Below are positions 1-44,479 of a stretch of DNA of 64,000 nucleotides, one piece after another. Positions within the stretch are counted from its first letter, which is position 1. Each line of letters opens with the position of its first letter. The stretch is from contig NC_043009.1 of NCBI RefSeq assembly GCF_006345805.1, positions 69,378,001-69,442,000 of the forward strand, read 5' to 3'. The notes below the pieces were generated by a model that worked only from the letters and a program-made list of their open reading frames with translations, was not told where the DNA came from and searched no databases. Made by a program: the position numbers and the translations under genes. Source of the stretch: Octopus sinensis. Its lineage: Eukaryota.

Positions 1-320
1 TTAGAGTTCAAATTAATATGAAAATCATAAGATGATGATGATGATGATGATAACGTGGTCCAACAAATTCCAGCATTGACACTGGCCATGAAAAAAAAAA
101 CATTGATGATGATAATTCAGAAAATTGTTCCACCAGTTTGTTTTTATAGCCACAATCCAGATAGATAGGTACATGACATACTTCTATCCTATTATAACAT
201 GATGAAATACTATATGTTATCAATTGTTTATTCCTTATTATTTGGTTTCATACATAGGTATGAATGCTTACAATTAAGGGATTTTTCAGTCTTTTACTCA
301 CCGCAAAGAAATTCTTTCTC

Positions 321-1340
321 TCATGGACGAATACAGAAATGAATAGCTACATCCTGTTGAGAGAATGATTTACCACAGAAATTGCACTGATAGGATTTTT
401 CTCCTGTATAAATACATTTGTGCGTAGTTAATACCTTTCTGTTAGAGAATGATTTACTACAGATGTCACAACGATAAGGCTTCTCGCCAGTATGAACACG
501 TTTATGTACAGTTAAAGCAGTACTTTGAGAGAAAGATTTACCACAGACATGACAATGATACGGTTTTTCCCCAGTATGAATACGTGTATGTGCTTTTAAA
601 TCGCTACTCCGAATGAATGATTTGCCACAGATATCACAGTATGGCTTTTCTCCAGTGTGAATACGTTTGTGATAACGCAAAGAATAGTTTCGAAGGAATG
701 ATTTACCGCAGATATCACAACTATATCGGCTTTCTCCAATATGAATACGTTTGTGTACAGTCAAGGCATTATTGCCAGGGAATAATTTACGACAGATATT
801 ACATTTATAAGGTTTCTCTCCTGTATGAATGTATCTGTGTGTAGTTAACTCATCATTACGAGAGAAAGATTTGTCACAGATATCACATTGATAAGGCTTT
901 TCTCCTGTATGAATACGTATGTGTTTAATTAACTGATTATTTTGATTGAATGATTTACCGCAGATATCACAATGGTATGGTTTTTCTCCTGTATGAATGC
1001 GTTTGTGATCAGTTAAGTTGGTACTTTTAGCAAATGATTTACTACACATATCACACTGATATGGTTTCTCTCCTGTGTGAATACGTTTGTGTGTACTTAA
1101 AATATCATTACGAGTGAATGAGTGACCACAGATATCACACTGATATGGTTTCTCTCCCGTATGAACCCGTACATGAACAGGTAATTCACCTTTTCTAGTA
1201 AACCTTTTACCACAGATATCACAGTGAAATGGTTTCTCTCCTGTATGAATACGGATATGAGCAGTTAAATTACTTCTTGAAGCTAGTGACTTTTTACAGA
1301 CATCACATTCGTAAGAAGACTTTGCTAAGCTTTTTGCCAT
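321..1340 (-). CDS. C2H2 (Kruppel-type) zinc-finger protein, 339 aa, 10 canonical fingers plus 2 degenerate terminal fingers
   Basis: Tandem CxxC-x12-HxxxH units joined by TGEKP linkers. Finger 11 has H>Y. Finger 12 is broken and ends at CCA TGA GAG AAA, a TGEK-like linker with a stop. An upstream exon is not excluded. Confidence 0.93.
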   Translation of the reverse strand: MAKSLAKSSYECDVCKKSLASRSNLTAHIRIHTGEKPFHCDICGKRFTRKGELPVHVRVHTGEKPYQCDICGHSFTRNDILSTHKRIHTGEKPYQCDMCSKSFAKSTNLTDHKRIHTGEKPYHCDICGKSFNQNNQLIKHIRIHTGEKPYQCDICDKSFSRNDELTTHRYIHTGEKPYKCNICRKLFPGNNALTVHKRIHIGESRYSCDICGKSFLRNYSLRYHKRIHTGEKPYCDICGKSFIRSSDLKAHTRIHTGEKPYHCHVCGKSFSQSTALTVHKRVHTGEKPYRCDICSKSFSNRKVLTTHKCIYTGEKSYQCNFCGKSFSQQDVAIHFCIRP

Positions 1341-3612
1341 CTTTTTAGAACCAAAAAATAACAGTTAACTCATTGAATAATAATTCTTCCTTCTCTCACC
1401 ACAATATATTATGTTTGCTGTTTTCCTTTCTATAATTTATTTCTAACAAACATTCCTTCTGCTACAAGTCCATCATCTGGATGCAAAGTGCTTCATAAAT
1501 CGATCTTCATATATTTTCAATGCAGAATTGTATTGTACTCATTCCAGGGAATGACACACACAACTGTTGCTAATAATCTTACCCAGGGGAAATCTTTCAA
1601 CCATAATTCATTAAATTTATTTGAAAATGGTCAGATTTGTTCAGTATAACATTTTTAGTCTTTAAAAGATGTTAAATATTGTTGATGCTTCTGTTGTATG
1701 ATAAACAAAAATGTTGATGCCAGTTCCAGCTTTGATTCTGAAATAAGAAGGAAAACAGTATAAGCTTTCAAGGATACATAAACAGCATCAATGTTATTGC
1801 TATACTTATAAATTGTACAAGTGAAACCTTGACTAGAACGAATGAACTCCTCCAGCGTATCTCTATCAGTTTACAAATATAACAGAGCAGAGAAATAAAT
1901 ATATTTTAACAATACATCATATCCTAAAAAGATAACTGCCTGCTTGGCTTCGTGTTGCCTGATGGTTGGAAGCAAGAGTCACAGGATCATGCAACAAGTG
2001 TCGTTTGTTTCCAGTCTTCTGTGAACATGACCAGTGAAGGGACAGCTTTACCTTACTTGGAAACAAGTGAAGGTTGCAGACAATAGAAAATCTGCCTCAA
2101 TCCTTGGACATTAAGACAAGCAAAAAAAAAAAGCACAAAGTTATTATATACTAGACAAGTTTATAAGTCATCATGTTGATGTCAGCTTTTCCATGCTGTC
2201 CAAATCATTTGTCTCTAGGAGTTTCCTGATACAAACCCTTTCGTCTCTTATGGCATGCAGGAATATACTGTGTACATCCACATTATATTATGGCACATAT
2301 AATACTGTGCATATATATAAGATTATCTTTGACTTATGACTACTAGAAGCTAGGACTACCCGTAAGAAACCAATAAGAGGGAACTGTCCATGCTATCACA
2401 TGCAATCTGCAGTTGTCTCATTCCACAATCTCAACAATTCTTCAGGACAAGGAACAACCTTTGGGTTCTGAAAGTGATTCAACAACCACGTGGACAGCAA
2501 CGATATTATACTTTTCTTCAGTTACAAATATTCTCTTCTACTTTTTAAACAACTGAAATTATCATTTTATAGATACTACTTTCAGAATTCCAATCATATT
2601 CTTCACACATCCACTTGTGGAAGTCTTGGATAAAATATCTTGCAAATAGCACTCTCTGACAAAACCTGTTGCAGTGCAGCAGAATTTTTCCTCTCACTCA
2701 AACTTCACATTTTCTGGAGGATGCTTAATGGGGAAAATAGTCATAAAAAGTTCATCAGTTGATGTCGAAAATTGAACTGATGTTGGTTTAATAAATTCTT
2801 GTTTCTCTCTTTTTTCTTTGCCTTTACCATGTCATACAAGCAAAATTTTTTTTACAGAGAGGAAAAGTGTGCAAAGAAATGTCATTTTGAGATAAAAAAA
2901 ATAAGCGATAAACATGTGGTAGGCATGGCAACGGCAACATAATTAAGTACCAGACTTTTAAGAATAGGGATTGATTTGTTTGACTAAACATTTAAAGGCG
3001 ATGCCCCACCTTGGCCGCACTCTAATGTCTGGAACAAGTAAAAGATATACCATGTATACTCTTGTTAAAGTCGAAATTTTAACGACCATTTTCTAAGGTC
3101 AAATTTATGGGACCGACTATTCCAAGGATAATACTTTTGAGGGGCTGAAATTCAAGCTAGAATCCGAAGTACCATATCAGCAGCAGTAGCAGATCTCTAA
3201 TCAAATAAAAAGAAAAACAATGAATTACAGTAATATTACGAATTCTGTGCATCAAAACACACGTCCTAATTAAATAGCAAAACCCATAAACGAGGCCGCG
3301 TAGCTCTCATAAATATTTACCTTATCTCTTTTATTTATATATCCATCAAACTTAGCAGACTAGCTGAGTGAAATTAATTTATATCTTATAATTATGTTAT
3401 ATCTCCACCGGTAACATATCTACCTGGTACCAGCATGTTACTACCTACTGCAATACGGTGCATACACTTGGTACCTCTACTGGGCGTGTTTCAAAAGAAA
3501 TGGTGTGGAATTGTTAATTTGGAGCAGGGATTCCCAAAGTGTGTTCTGCAAAATCTCAGGGTTCCAGGTTTTTAAAAATAATGTCGAAGGATTCCACGAC
3601 AAAACAAGTTTG

Positions 3613-3825
3613 GGTACTACTGGAGTACAGTGGTCCCGGTGCGCGCACTCACACCAGCTAGTCATGACTAGTCGATCCTTTGTTTAAAAAATTATTTACT
3701 TTGTGTCGAAAGTAGCTAGTTGTAAGTAGTCGATCCTACAACGACTACCTAGCAAAGTAAATAAAACACAAAATAAATAAGTTTTTACACAAAGTAAATA
3801 ATTTTTGTTAAACAAAGTAAGGATA
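3613..3825. mobile_element. Rearranged or partial relative of the 8314-8549 MITE
   Basis: Begins GGTACTACTGGAGTACAGTGGTCCCGGTG (same terminal motif). Contains the CTAGTCATGACTAGTCGATC and CAAAGTAAATAA modules found in 8314-8549. No matching right end found. Confidence 0.7.
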
Positions 3826-3900
3826 AGGAAAAATTATAAATTTTGGGCCGCAAAATAGGGTCATCGACTTTTACTCGAGTCTCTACGATCGATCGTGAAA

Positions 3901-3957
3901 GGTGCGACGAAGCGTGAGGTGCGACGAAGCGTGAGGTGCGACGTAGTGTGAGGTGCG
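3901..3957. repeat. 17-bp CpG-rich tandem repeat (GGTGCGACGAAGCGTGA, about 3.4 copies)
   Basis: Read directly from the sequence. Confidence 0.9.
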
Positions 3958-4039
3958 CTATTCAGTCCCCGCGGAGAAACGACTGGGAATCCGAAAATCC
4001 GCCTTGAAAATATTTTCTATCAATTTAAACACTATAAAT

Positions 4040-4200
4040 ACTTACTTTTCTTTTTACTTTTATATTTTCTTGGATAAATTCGATTAAGACGAGAGAAAGT
4101 TCCGCGCAGGAAATGATTAAGAGAGAAGCTGGGCGGAAGTAACAGATTCCGGATAAAACAATTATTATCAAAAATATAATAACATGGATATTTATTCTTA
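4040..4200 (-). promoter_or_regulatory. Candidate promoter and non-coding first exon of the zinc-finger gene
   Basis: CpG-rich patch with GGGCGGAAGT (ETS/GC-box-like) at 4131-4140. Perfect minus-strand donor GTAAGT at 4045-4040, pointing toward the ZNF ORF. The link to the ORF is inferred only. Confidence 0.35.
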
Positions 4201-4332
4201 CACAGAGTTTCGTAGTTAATAACAATGGATTGATCAGCATTTGGTTGCTCAGTCTTGGTATTTCATCGACTAAACAACGACATAGGAGCAGGGGAACCTC
4301 GACGTACTTGTACGATCTGCTGGAAATAACTG

Positions 4333-4675
4333 TCAAATTTCCCTCAAGTTATACCTGAATTCATTAATGTATTCCACGCTATGCGATGCCATAATGCTGT
4401 GTATGTGTTTTGATCTCCATGTGTCTAACACACGTGGACATGCCCACAAAGTCAGAAAACAATACAGCTCCCATGACTTTCGGAAACATTTCTTCACACT
4501 CAGAGTTGCTGAAGCGTGGAATAAACTGCCTGCGTCAGTTGTTGACTGCCATGACACTGCATCCTTTAAGGCCCTCATGCTTTCCGAAATCCGTCGAAAC
4601 TACACCTGATTATATATACACTTTCGATGAGTTGTAGTGCACCTGAGCACTGTACACAATGTTTATTATTATTAA

Positions 4676-4707
<32 letters not shown>
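4333..4707 (+). mobile_element. CR1-clade LINE, 3' fragment with (TAT)n tail
   Basis: HDFRKHFFTLRVAEAWNKLP motif (ORF 4367-4609). Same 3' UTR (GTGCACCTGAGCACTGTA) as the copies at 15 kb and 56 kb. Confidence 0.88.
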
Positions 4708-4709
<2 letters not shown>

Positions 4710-5711
4710 ACGTACAAGTCATGAACTCATACGTTTAGCTGCACACAGTTGGCTCATGCACATACAAGTCAGAAATCAGTTCTTTCTTGGTATTTTTACA
4801 CATAAATATATACACATCAGTATGTGTGTGTGTGTTTCTGCATGTACACATGCATGTGTAAAGGATCAAAGTGTAGGAAGTCAGTAAGCTTCAAACAGTC
4901 GGTAGTAATTGTGGTGGTGGTGGTGGTAGATGTGGTTATAGTAGTAGCAGCAGCATCTTACAGAACAGAAGCTAACATTCTCCAGTTTCACTACTAAAAT
5001 CTCATAATTCTACTTGTCATTGCATTTCTCAGCCTGTTGGTAACGCTTTCAGGGAGAAAGAAAAGAGGGAGAGAAAAAAGGGAGAAAGAAAACCGTTCAT
5101 GGTGTGAGGTAGAGGCAATGTAATTGTAATGCTTTCATATGATTAGTTGAAGGGAAAGAGAGGAGAGAGAAAAAGAGGACAAGGCAAAGAGTGAAACAGA
5201 AAGGGGGAGAAAGAAAAAGAGGGAGGGAGAAGCGTCCATGATGTGAGGTAGGGGAAACTTGATATTCATTACATGGTTAAAAGAGCGAGTTGAAGGCAAA
5301 GGAGGAGAGTTTAAAATATAATTTTAGCCGAGGGGTGATGTTCTGATGGCGATGTTAAAGAAAGGCACTGAGACAGGGAAAGAGAGAGAGGGGGATTGGA
5401 GAGAGAGTGGGAAATTAGAGAGAGGGGAAGAGAGAGGTGGTGATGGTGCTGGTGGCGGCAGCGGTAGCAGCAGAGATAGAGGTGAGGAAGGTGACTGGAT
5501 CATGAAAAGTGTTCTTTGTTTTAATTGAACTAAGTAAGTGCAATTCTGTGAAATATTCATGTTTACTTACATGGCAGATATATGCAATTTAACTAAAGGT
5601 TGTATCATATGTAAGGGATTTTTTTATTTATGGGAAGCATCACACCGATAACCAACTGGCAGAAGATCTGCCTGGGGTTAAACTAGAAGTAACATGGAAT
5701 AGTCACTTTGA

Positions 5712-6424
5712 TGTGGAGATTAACTTTACTCGTGTATACAAGTATAAACAAGACATCATAAAGAAGAATGGAGAATTAGGTATCTTCAAAACTTCTTTAT
5801 TTCACGGTATTATTTACATTCACATTCGATGTCCCAACACATTTCTCTGCTGCATAAGTTTCTGATGTCCCTTCATGTAGCATTTATATATGTATTTAGT
5901 CAGTTCAGCTGTGGTCTTCTTCTTCTTCTCCTCCTACTACTCCCTTTTCTCCTTCTACTACTCCCTCTCCTTCTTCTTCTACTCCCTCTCCTTCTTCTAC
6001 TCCCTCTCCTTCTTTTTCTTCTTCTTCTACTCCCTCTCCTTTTTCTTCTTCTACTCCCTCTCATTCATCTTCTTCTCCTCCTTCTTTTTCCTCTCCTTCT
6101 CCTTCATCCTCTCCTCCTTCTTGTTCTTCTTCTTCCAGACCAAAGTACTGTCTGTCTATGTGGAAGGGGTCACTTACAACATTCCACGTGTTTTCTCTGC
6201 TGCCATACCGTCTAGCAGGTCTCATATGCTGTCCACTGCCAACTAACAGCTCGCACCTCACCAACCCTGCATGCCCATCTTGGCCCTTCCAGTGGGACCC
6301 GCAGGCCCCACTTCTGACAGGACATGCATACTCCCTCACTTCCGGTCTTTTCTTCCAACACAGCCTGGCTCATGACACACCCCGCCCCACCTGATCTGAA
6401 GATCATTCAACCAGCCTGCCCACA
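5712..6424 (-). mobile_element. 3' LTR of a gypsy-like retrotransposon, containing an internal microsatellite
   Basis: Starts TGTGG immediately after polypurine tract GAGGAGAGGA (6434-6425), which follows the integrase stop. Ends CCACA, giving 5-bp inverted termini. AATAAA lies near its 3' end. Confidence 0.7.
5915..6135. repeat. Compound pyrimidine microsatellite (CTT/CTACTCCCTCTC units)
   Basis: Read directly; explains the poly-Leu and poly-Phe ORF artefacts at 5829-6246. Confidence 0.95.
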
Positions 6425-7770
6425 TCCTCTCCTCAACCCTGACTACACACCTTAATTTGTCTCATAATCAGCCAACCAGTGAGGAGAGCACTGCTCCCTC
6501 TGCGACTGCCGTGGGACTTCAGGACTGGCCTCAGTCCCTGGCATGTCACTGTTGGCTTCATCCTCTTGTCCATTACTGTTGGTTGCATCCTCCGATGCAT
6601 TGATGATTCTGCGCACATCTAAAACATGACGTGGCATGCCATCTACAGAACACATTGTTCCTCAAATTTACAGAGGTTATTGTCCCCTTTCCTCGTTGTG
6701 ATGTGCTCTGTGCATTTGAGGGTTTAACCCACACTTCTTCCCCAACCTGCACAAAGGCATTCTCTTTCTCTTCTGCGGGTTGCATTGATGCAGTACATGA
6801 ATGTCTCCACTTGTACTTGAATATTACCCTGTGTGACACTGACTCCCCAGTCTGTCCTGACCTGGGCAACATATTATACCAAAAAATGGCATCGACTGGC
6901 GAGATGTAGCCTCTCTCTGCCATGGTATTGATGGTGTGATGCTGCCTCTCCACAACCCCGTTGCCACTTGGCTGGTATGCCACCCTGAAGAAATGACTAG
7001 CATGCTGCTTGTCGAGCATTTCCTCCAGCACCTCCAAATGAAGCAGCTTCTCTACGGGGCCTCGTTCTAGGAATATCTCATTTAGTATTCTTGTGATTTC
7101 CTACACGCACCCCGTCTTCGTTTCCCGCCCTATAGCCAACCGCTCCGGTCTGCAGTTGACCATTGAGAGGCATTCCCCTGCCGGTAATGCGTCCACTGCC
7201 AGTTATTTCCAGTTGTGATCTGCTGGAATGCTTCCTGCCTCGTGCACACCTGGAGCAGGGGTTGATGAACTGGCACCTGTCGCAGCTCCCAACTACTCTC
7301 TGCACACTCTGCCTGGTCGCGTCAGGGTCAACTTTCCTGGCTCAGAATATGGTCCTGTCCACCCCCATGTGATGCATGGTATGCAGTCTCTTCAGCTCCG
7401 AATCACGCTGTCGACACACTACAGCCACTCCTTGCTCCAGCACCTGCAACCAGGCTTCCTTTACTCTGGTTAGGATGTCTGCTCTATACTTCTCAGAGGG
7501 CACAAAAACCACACTCAGCCTCAGGTCAAATTCGACAGCTAGCTCACCCAGAATTCCCAAGCGGCATCTTATCAGCATATCTGTGCTCCCTTTGGTTTGT
7601 ACCCTCTGCTCACAAGTGACCACTGATCCCACCCATCTAAGTACAGTGGCTGAATCGGTCCAGATCTCGATGGTACACTGCCCCTACCTCAGGGCCAGGT
7701 TCACCCCCTTCAGCACAGTATCGAGCTCTGCCACGTTGATGTTGTTGACAACGATCCGGAGATAGTGTAT
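6425..7770 (-). mobile_element. Gypsy-like pol remnant (RNase H end, integrase), frameshifted
   Basis: HHMGVDRT...CDRC zinc-binding motif, AYQPSGNGVVERQH integrase core and PRQSQREQCSPHWLADY C-terminus, spread over three minus-strand frames. Confidence 0.85.
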
Positions 7771-8313
7771 TCACCTCAATAGTCGTCATTGATTGGTTGA
7801 AATTGCCGAAATGCAAGAAATTAAACAACAAATAGCTTACAAACTACAGAATTTTCCCAAGAAAGCCAAGAGAAAAAGATGTTTTATAAACACATTCTAC
7901 CAGTATACAAAGTTTAAAAGTTTTTAGTTACAAAGAAATTATTTAAAAAATCTGCCGGTCAAAGCGAAAAGATCCTACTCTTTTTTTTAACGAAAATGCC
8001 TCTCCCATCGTTTTTAATCACGCAGTGTCCACAAAATCAACCAAACTCTATCCGGGGTAAGGAAAGGAGGCGGAATGCTCCATCATTTTTCGAAATTTTA
8101 CCTCTTTGTTTTTTGCGGAAACGTTGCGCCCCACCATTTCCAAAGGCACCGCGACCCCCCCCCCCCTTGGAAAATCCTCATCAAAACGTAGAAATTCCAA
8201 CTCGTGTGTGCAATCTATCGCTGACTCTGCTCCGCTAAGTTCAACTTTACCTTTCATCTTTTTGGGGTCGATACAGTATCAGTCAAATACTGATGTAGAG
8301 GTATCGACTATCC

Positions 8314-8549
8314 GGTACTACTAGCGAACAGTGGTCCCGGTGTGCGCACACGCGCATCTGGGGTTGCTAGTCGTGACTAGTCGATCCTACGACTACCTAG
8401 CAAAGTAAATAAAACACAAAAACACAAAGTAAATAATTTTTTAAACAAAGTAAATAACACAAAAACACAAAGTAAAGATCGACTAGTCATGACTAGCTGG
8501 CGCGGATGCGCGAGTGTGCGCACCGGGACCACTGTTCTCGAGTAGTACC
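8314..8549. mobile_element. MITE with long TIRs and probable 9-bp TSD (Mutator-like)
   Basis: Left end GGTACTACTAGCGAACAGTGGTCCCGGTG is the near reverse complement of the right end. Flanks CGACTATCC (8305-8313) and CAACTATTC (8550-8558) match 7/9. Confidence 0.75.
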
Positions 8550-9001
8550 CAACTATTCTTTCCCCTCTATACTAATTGATCTTGTACCTAAATCAGTAAC
8601 ATTTATTAATAAATCCATTGGAACAATCAAAGACTTGGGCTTGGCCTGCATTTTATGTTACTTCCCTTTGAAGCCAACTTTCACTTGTAATTGAGTTCCA
8701 GGGACAAAACTTATTGTTTGTTTTTAATGTTCCAACAGGAGAAAGAAGGCTTTCAAACTTTATATGTCCACCTCATTATTATATCGAAATTAGATTACAT
8801 GTGATAAATTTCTAAATTATCGTACATTGGACTTGAAATTTTTAATCCGCCAATTGGGCCTTCATTTATGAGAGTATTTATTTCCGTTGTCACCGCCTGT
8901 GTTTTGACAAACAACTTTCTTCTTCCCAGTTCGATTCTTGCTCTCATCTTTTCTCTTGTTTGTCAATCGATGGAGTTTTTGCCCGGTTCTTTTCTTTGAC
9001 G

Positions 9002-41883
<32,882 letters not shown>

Positions 41884-42261
41884 CTGACATCTTTATTTTT
41901 ATTATTATTTGAGAGAGAGAGAGAGAGTGAGAAAGAGAAAGAAAGATAGATAGAGGGAGTGTGTGTGTGTGTCTATAGACACACACACACACATATGTAT
42001 ATACGTGTATATAATGTGTATCAGAATGTGTGTGTGTGTGTGATATATTTGCATGTTTTCTAATGATACATTATGAGATTGAGCTGAAGTATTGGAAACA
42101 TTCTCCCTTCTAAATTTTGTTTGTTTGTTTGTGTGTGTGTGTGTGTGAGAGTGTTTTGGAGGTGTTCTTGATTGGCAGGTGATTTGATTAGAGACCGTGT
42201 GTTAAAAGGAAAGCAAATACACATATTAACCATTTAAAGGCACACAAACAGTGCTTATTTC

Positions 42262-42394
42262 ACTTAAACATTTACTAACTTGTGTCAAAACTTTTGTTGT
42301 ACTAACTGACCAGATTCTATTGGGAAACTGTGACAATTACCAGGTTGTAGTAAGTGTGACGAAAATTTTGACAGCAATTAATAAATGTTTAAGT
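42262..42394. repeat. Imperfect inverted repeat (hairpin, about 45-bp arms)
   Basis: ACTTAAACATTTA...TGTCAAAACTTTT versus AAAATTTTGACA...TAAATGTTTAAGT. Confidence 0.7.
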
Positions 42395-42452
42395 TAACGG
42401 GTTTTATGTGTTTTTGAATTGCTGATGTCTGTTTTCCATGCTGTAATATATA

Positions 42453-42493
<41 letters not shown>

Positions 42494-42500
<7 letters not shown>

Positions 42501-42702
42501 AGAAAAAAGAGGCAGTCGGAATTTTGGATAATCCTTTATTAGTGCTTTTGTTTGTTTTTTGAATTCATCAAGACAGAATCAAAATGGTAACAGAACATTT
42601 CATTTTTACCATTTTGATTTTGTCTTGATCTGTTTGAAAAACAAATGGAAGTGCTAATAAAGGATTATCCAAAATTCTGACGGCCACCTTTTTCTCAATA
42701 TA
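42494..42702. mobile_element. Almost fully palindromic MITE next to (TA)n
   Basis: Arms of about 95 bp, e.g. GAATTTTGGATAATCCTTTATTAG / CTAATAAAGGATTATCCAAAATTC; TA termini. Confidence 0.85.
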
Positions 42703-42729
42703 CAATATCTGTACACAAATTCAAACACA

Positions 42730-42802
<73 letters not shown>

Positions 42803-42977
42803 TAAACAAATAAGAATGGATAGCTCAAAACATCAATGTATTTCAGTAGTGTGGTTCCTTTCTTAATAATGCATCATCATCGTTTAACATCCGTTTTCCA
42901 TGCTAGCATAAATACATGATATATTTTCTTGTTGCTGTATATATACATATATATTTATATTTGCCTTTATATATATA

Positions 42978-43558
42978 TATATTAAAATTATAAATTAGAG
43001 TATTTATGAGATATCACCATGCTGAAAATAGCAGCCATGATCTGACTTTAAAACCACCTTAATTTTCCATATCTCAAACACGGAGAGAAAACAAAGAGAC
43101 AAGATGAAACTGGTAAGAAATTACTGGATAATTCTAGATCCTGGATTTCTGACTTTGCCTCATCAGTAGAATACACACAGAAGGGAAACATATATACATA
43201 TATATAAATACACCATACGATTACTTACATATATGAACGTATACATACATACATATATATGCACGTATGCATCATGGCCAGTCCAAAATGCCTGCCATTT
43301 AATTCCCTGTGAGATATGGTTAAAATATCGCCGCAGTAAATACAGTGACGAAATAAATTAAAATTTATATAAATAAGGATAAGATCGTTAATTTAAAAAT
43401 AAAGCAATGATTTTATCAAGTGGCCAGCATGGAAAAAAATAACTTTCAAAGGTAATAATCATTAAAATCATAAATTAGGGTATCTGACTCATGATTATGG
43501 CTGCTATTTTCAGCATGGTGGTATCTTGTAGACACCCTAATTTATAATTTTAATATAT
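42978..43558. mobile_element. (TA)n-flanked element with about 65-bp inverted ends, containing a hammerhead
   Basis: ATATTAAAATTATAAATTAG...CACCATGCTGAAAATAGCAGCCAT is mirrored at 43495-43558. A third partial end follows at 43561-43591. Confidence 0.8.
43131..43172 (-). ncRNA. Minimal type-I hammerhead ribozyme (canonical CUGAUGA core)
   Basis: Minus strand: AUUCUA CUGAUGA GGCAAAGUCA GAAA UCCAGGAU C/ UAGAAU. Helix I 6 bp perfect, helix III AUCC-A-GGAU quasi-palindrome, AUC triplet, helix II imperfect. Confidence 0.7.
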
Positions 43559-43591
43559 ATATATATTAAAATTATAAATTAGGGTATCTAC

Positions 43592-43885
43592 GGGTGGCAC
43601 GTAAAAAGCACCATCCGATCGTGGCCGTTTGCCAGCCTCGCCTGGCCTCCGTGCCGGTGGCACGTAAAAAGCACCATCCGATTGTGGCTGTTTGCCAGCG
43701 TCGTCTGGCACATAAAAAGCACCCACTACACTCACGGAGTGGTTGGCGTTAGGAAGGGCATCCAGCTGTAGAAACATTGCCAGATCAGACTGGGCCTGGT
43801 GCAGCCTTCTGGCTTCCCAGACCCCAGTTGAACCGTCCAACCCATGCTAGCATGGAAAGCAGATGCTAAACGATGATGATGATGA
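43592..43885 (+). mobile_element. RTE-tail repeat
   Basis: Three GGCACGTAAAAAGCACC modules followed by the standard tail. Confidence 0.85.
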
Positions 43886-44479
43886 TATATATATATATAT
43901 ATAAATATTATATATTGAGAGAGAGAGAAGAGGATTTGAAAATGCAGAGGTCTTTTAAAGATCTTTATTGACTTGACCAATTAAAAATGAGTTATCATTG
44001 ATGTATTAAGATAGAGTGAGAGAGTGTTTGGCAATGATAAGAAAATGTCCAGAGAGGTTTTGTGTTTAAACAATTTACATAAAAGTGTTCAAAATATGCA
44101 AGTAAAATAAGTTCAGAATTGTTTGTAAGCTCATCGGAAATCATGATTGTTTTATAAGCGTGTGTACAGAAAGAGTTTGTAGACAGGATTTGATAGAAGA
44201 AAGCATGTATTGCTTTGTCAAAAGTTCATTAAAAATTATAATTTATAAGAATTTTAAGGGAATGCCCAACCTTTCCTCTTCTTCCCCAGTCTTGTATGTG
44301 TGTTTTGCAAGGATGGTTGCTATTTTTAGAAATAATGTGGAAGGTTGGTTGGGAAGGAGCAATCACATGATCTCATTTCCAATAGTTTGTGGAATCAAAA
44401 GGGTTTTTTGTTTCTGGACTAGTCTGTCATGGTTCCTTGGTTTTTCGACTGGTCTTAGAGTTCAAAATGGTGTGAGTGG

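Noticed and set aside
2745-2785. GTTCATCAGTTGATGTCGAAAATTGAAC hairpin as a hammerhead
   Set aside because: Too degenerate: no intact 5' core or cleavage triplet.
3901-3957. CRISPR-like repeat array
   Set aside because: Direct tandem repeats with no spacers, in a eukaryotic context.
5829-6339. Poly-Leu hydrophobic ORFs resembling membrane proteins
   Set aside because: Derived from the CTT-rich microsatellite inside the LTR.
7843-7860. ACTACA...TCCCA (ZNF143/THAP11-type motif)
   Set aside because: Spacing between the half-sites is too long.
8938-9001. N-terminal extension of TMEM184C (MSIDG...)
   Set aside because: The ORF-track start is TTG; family similarity begins at the ATG at 9002.
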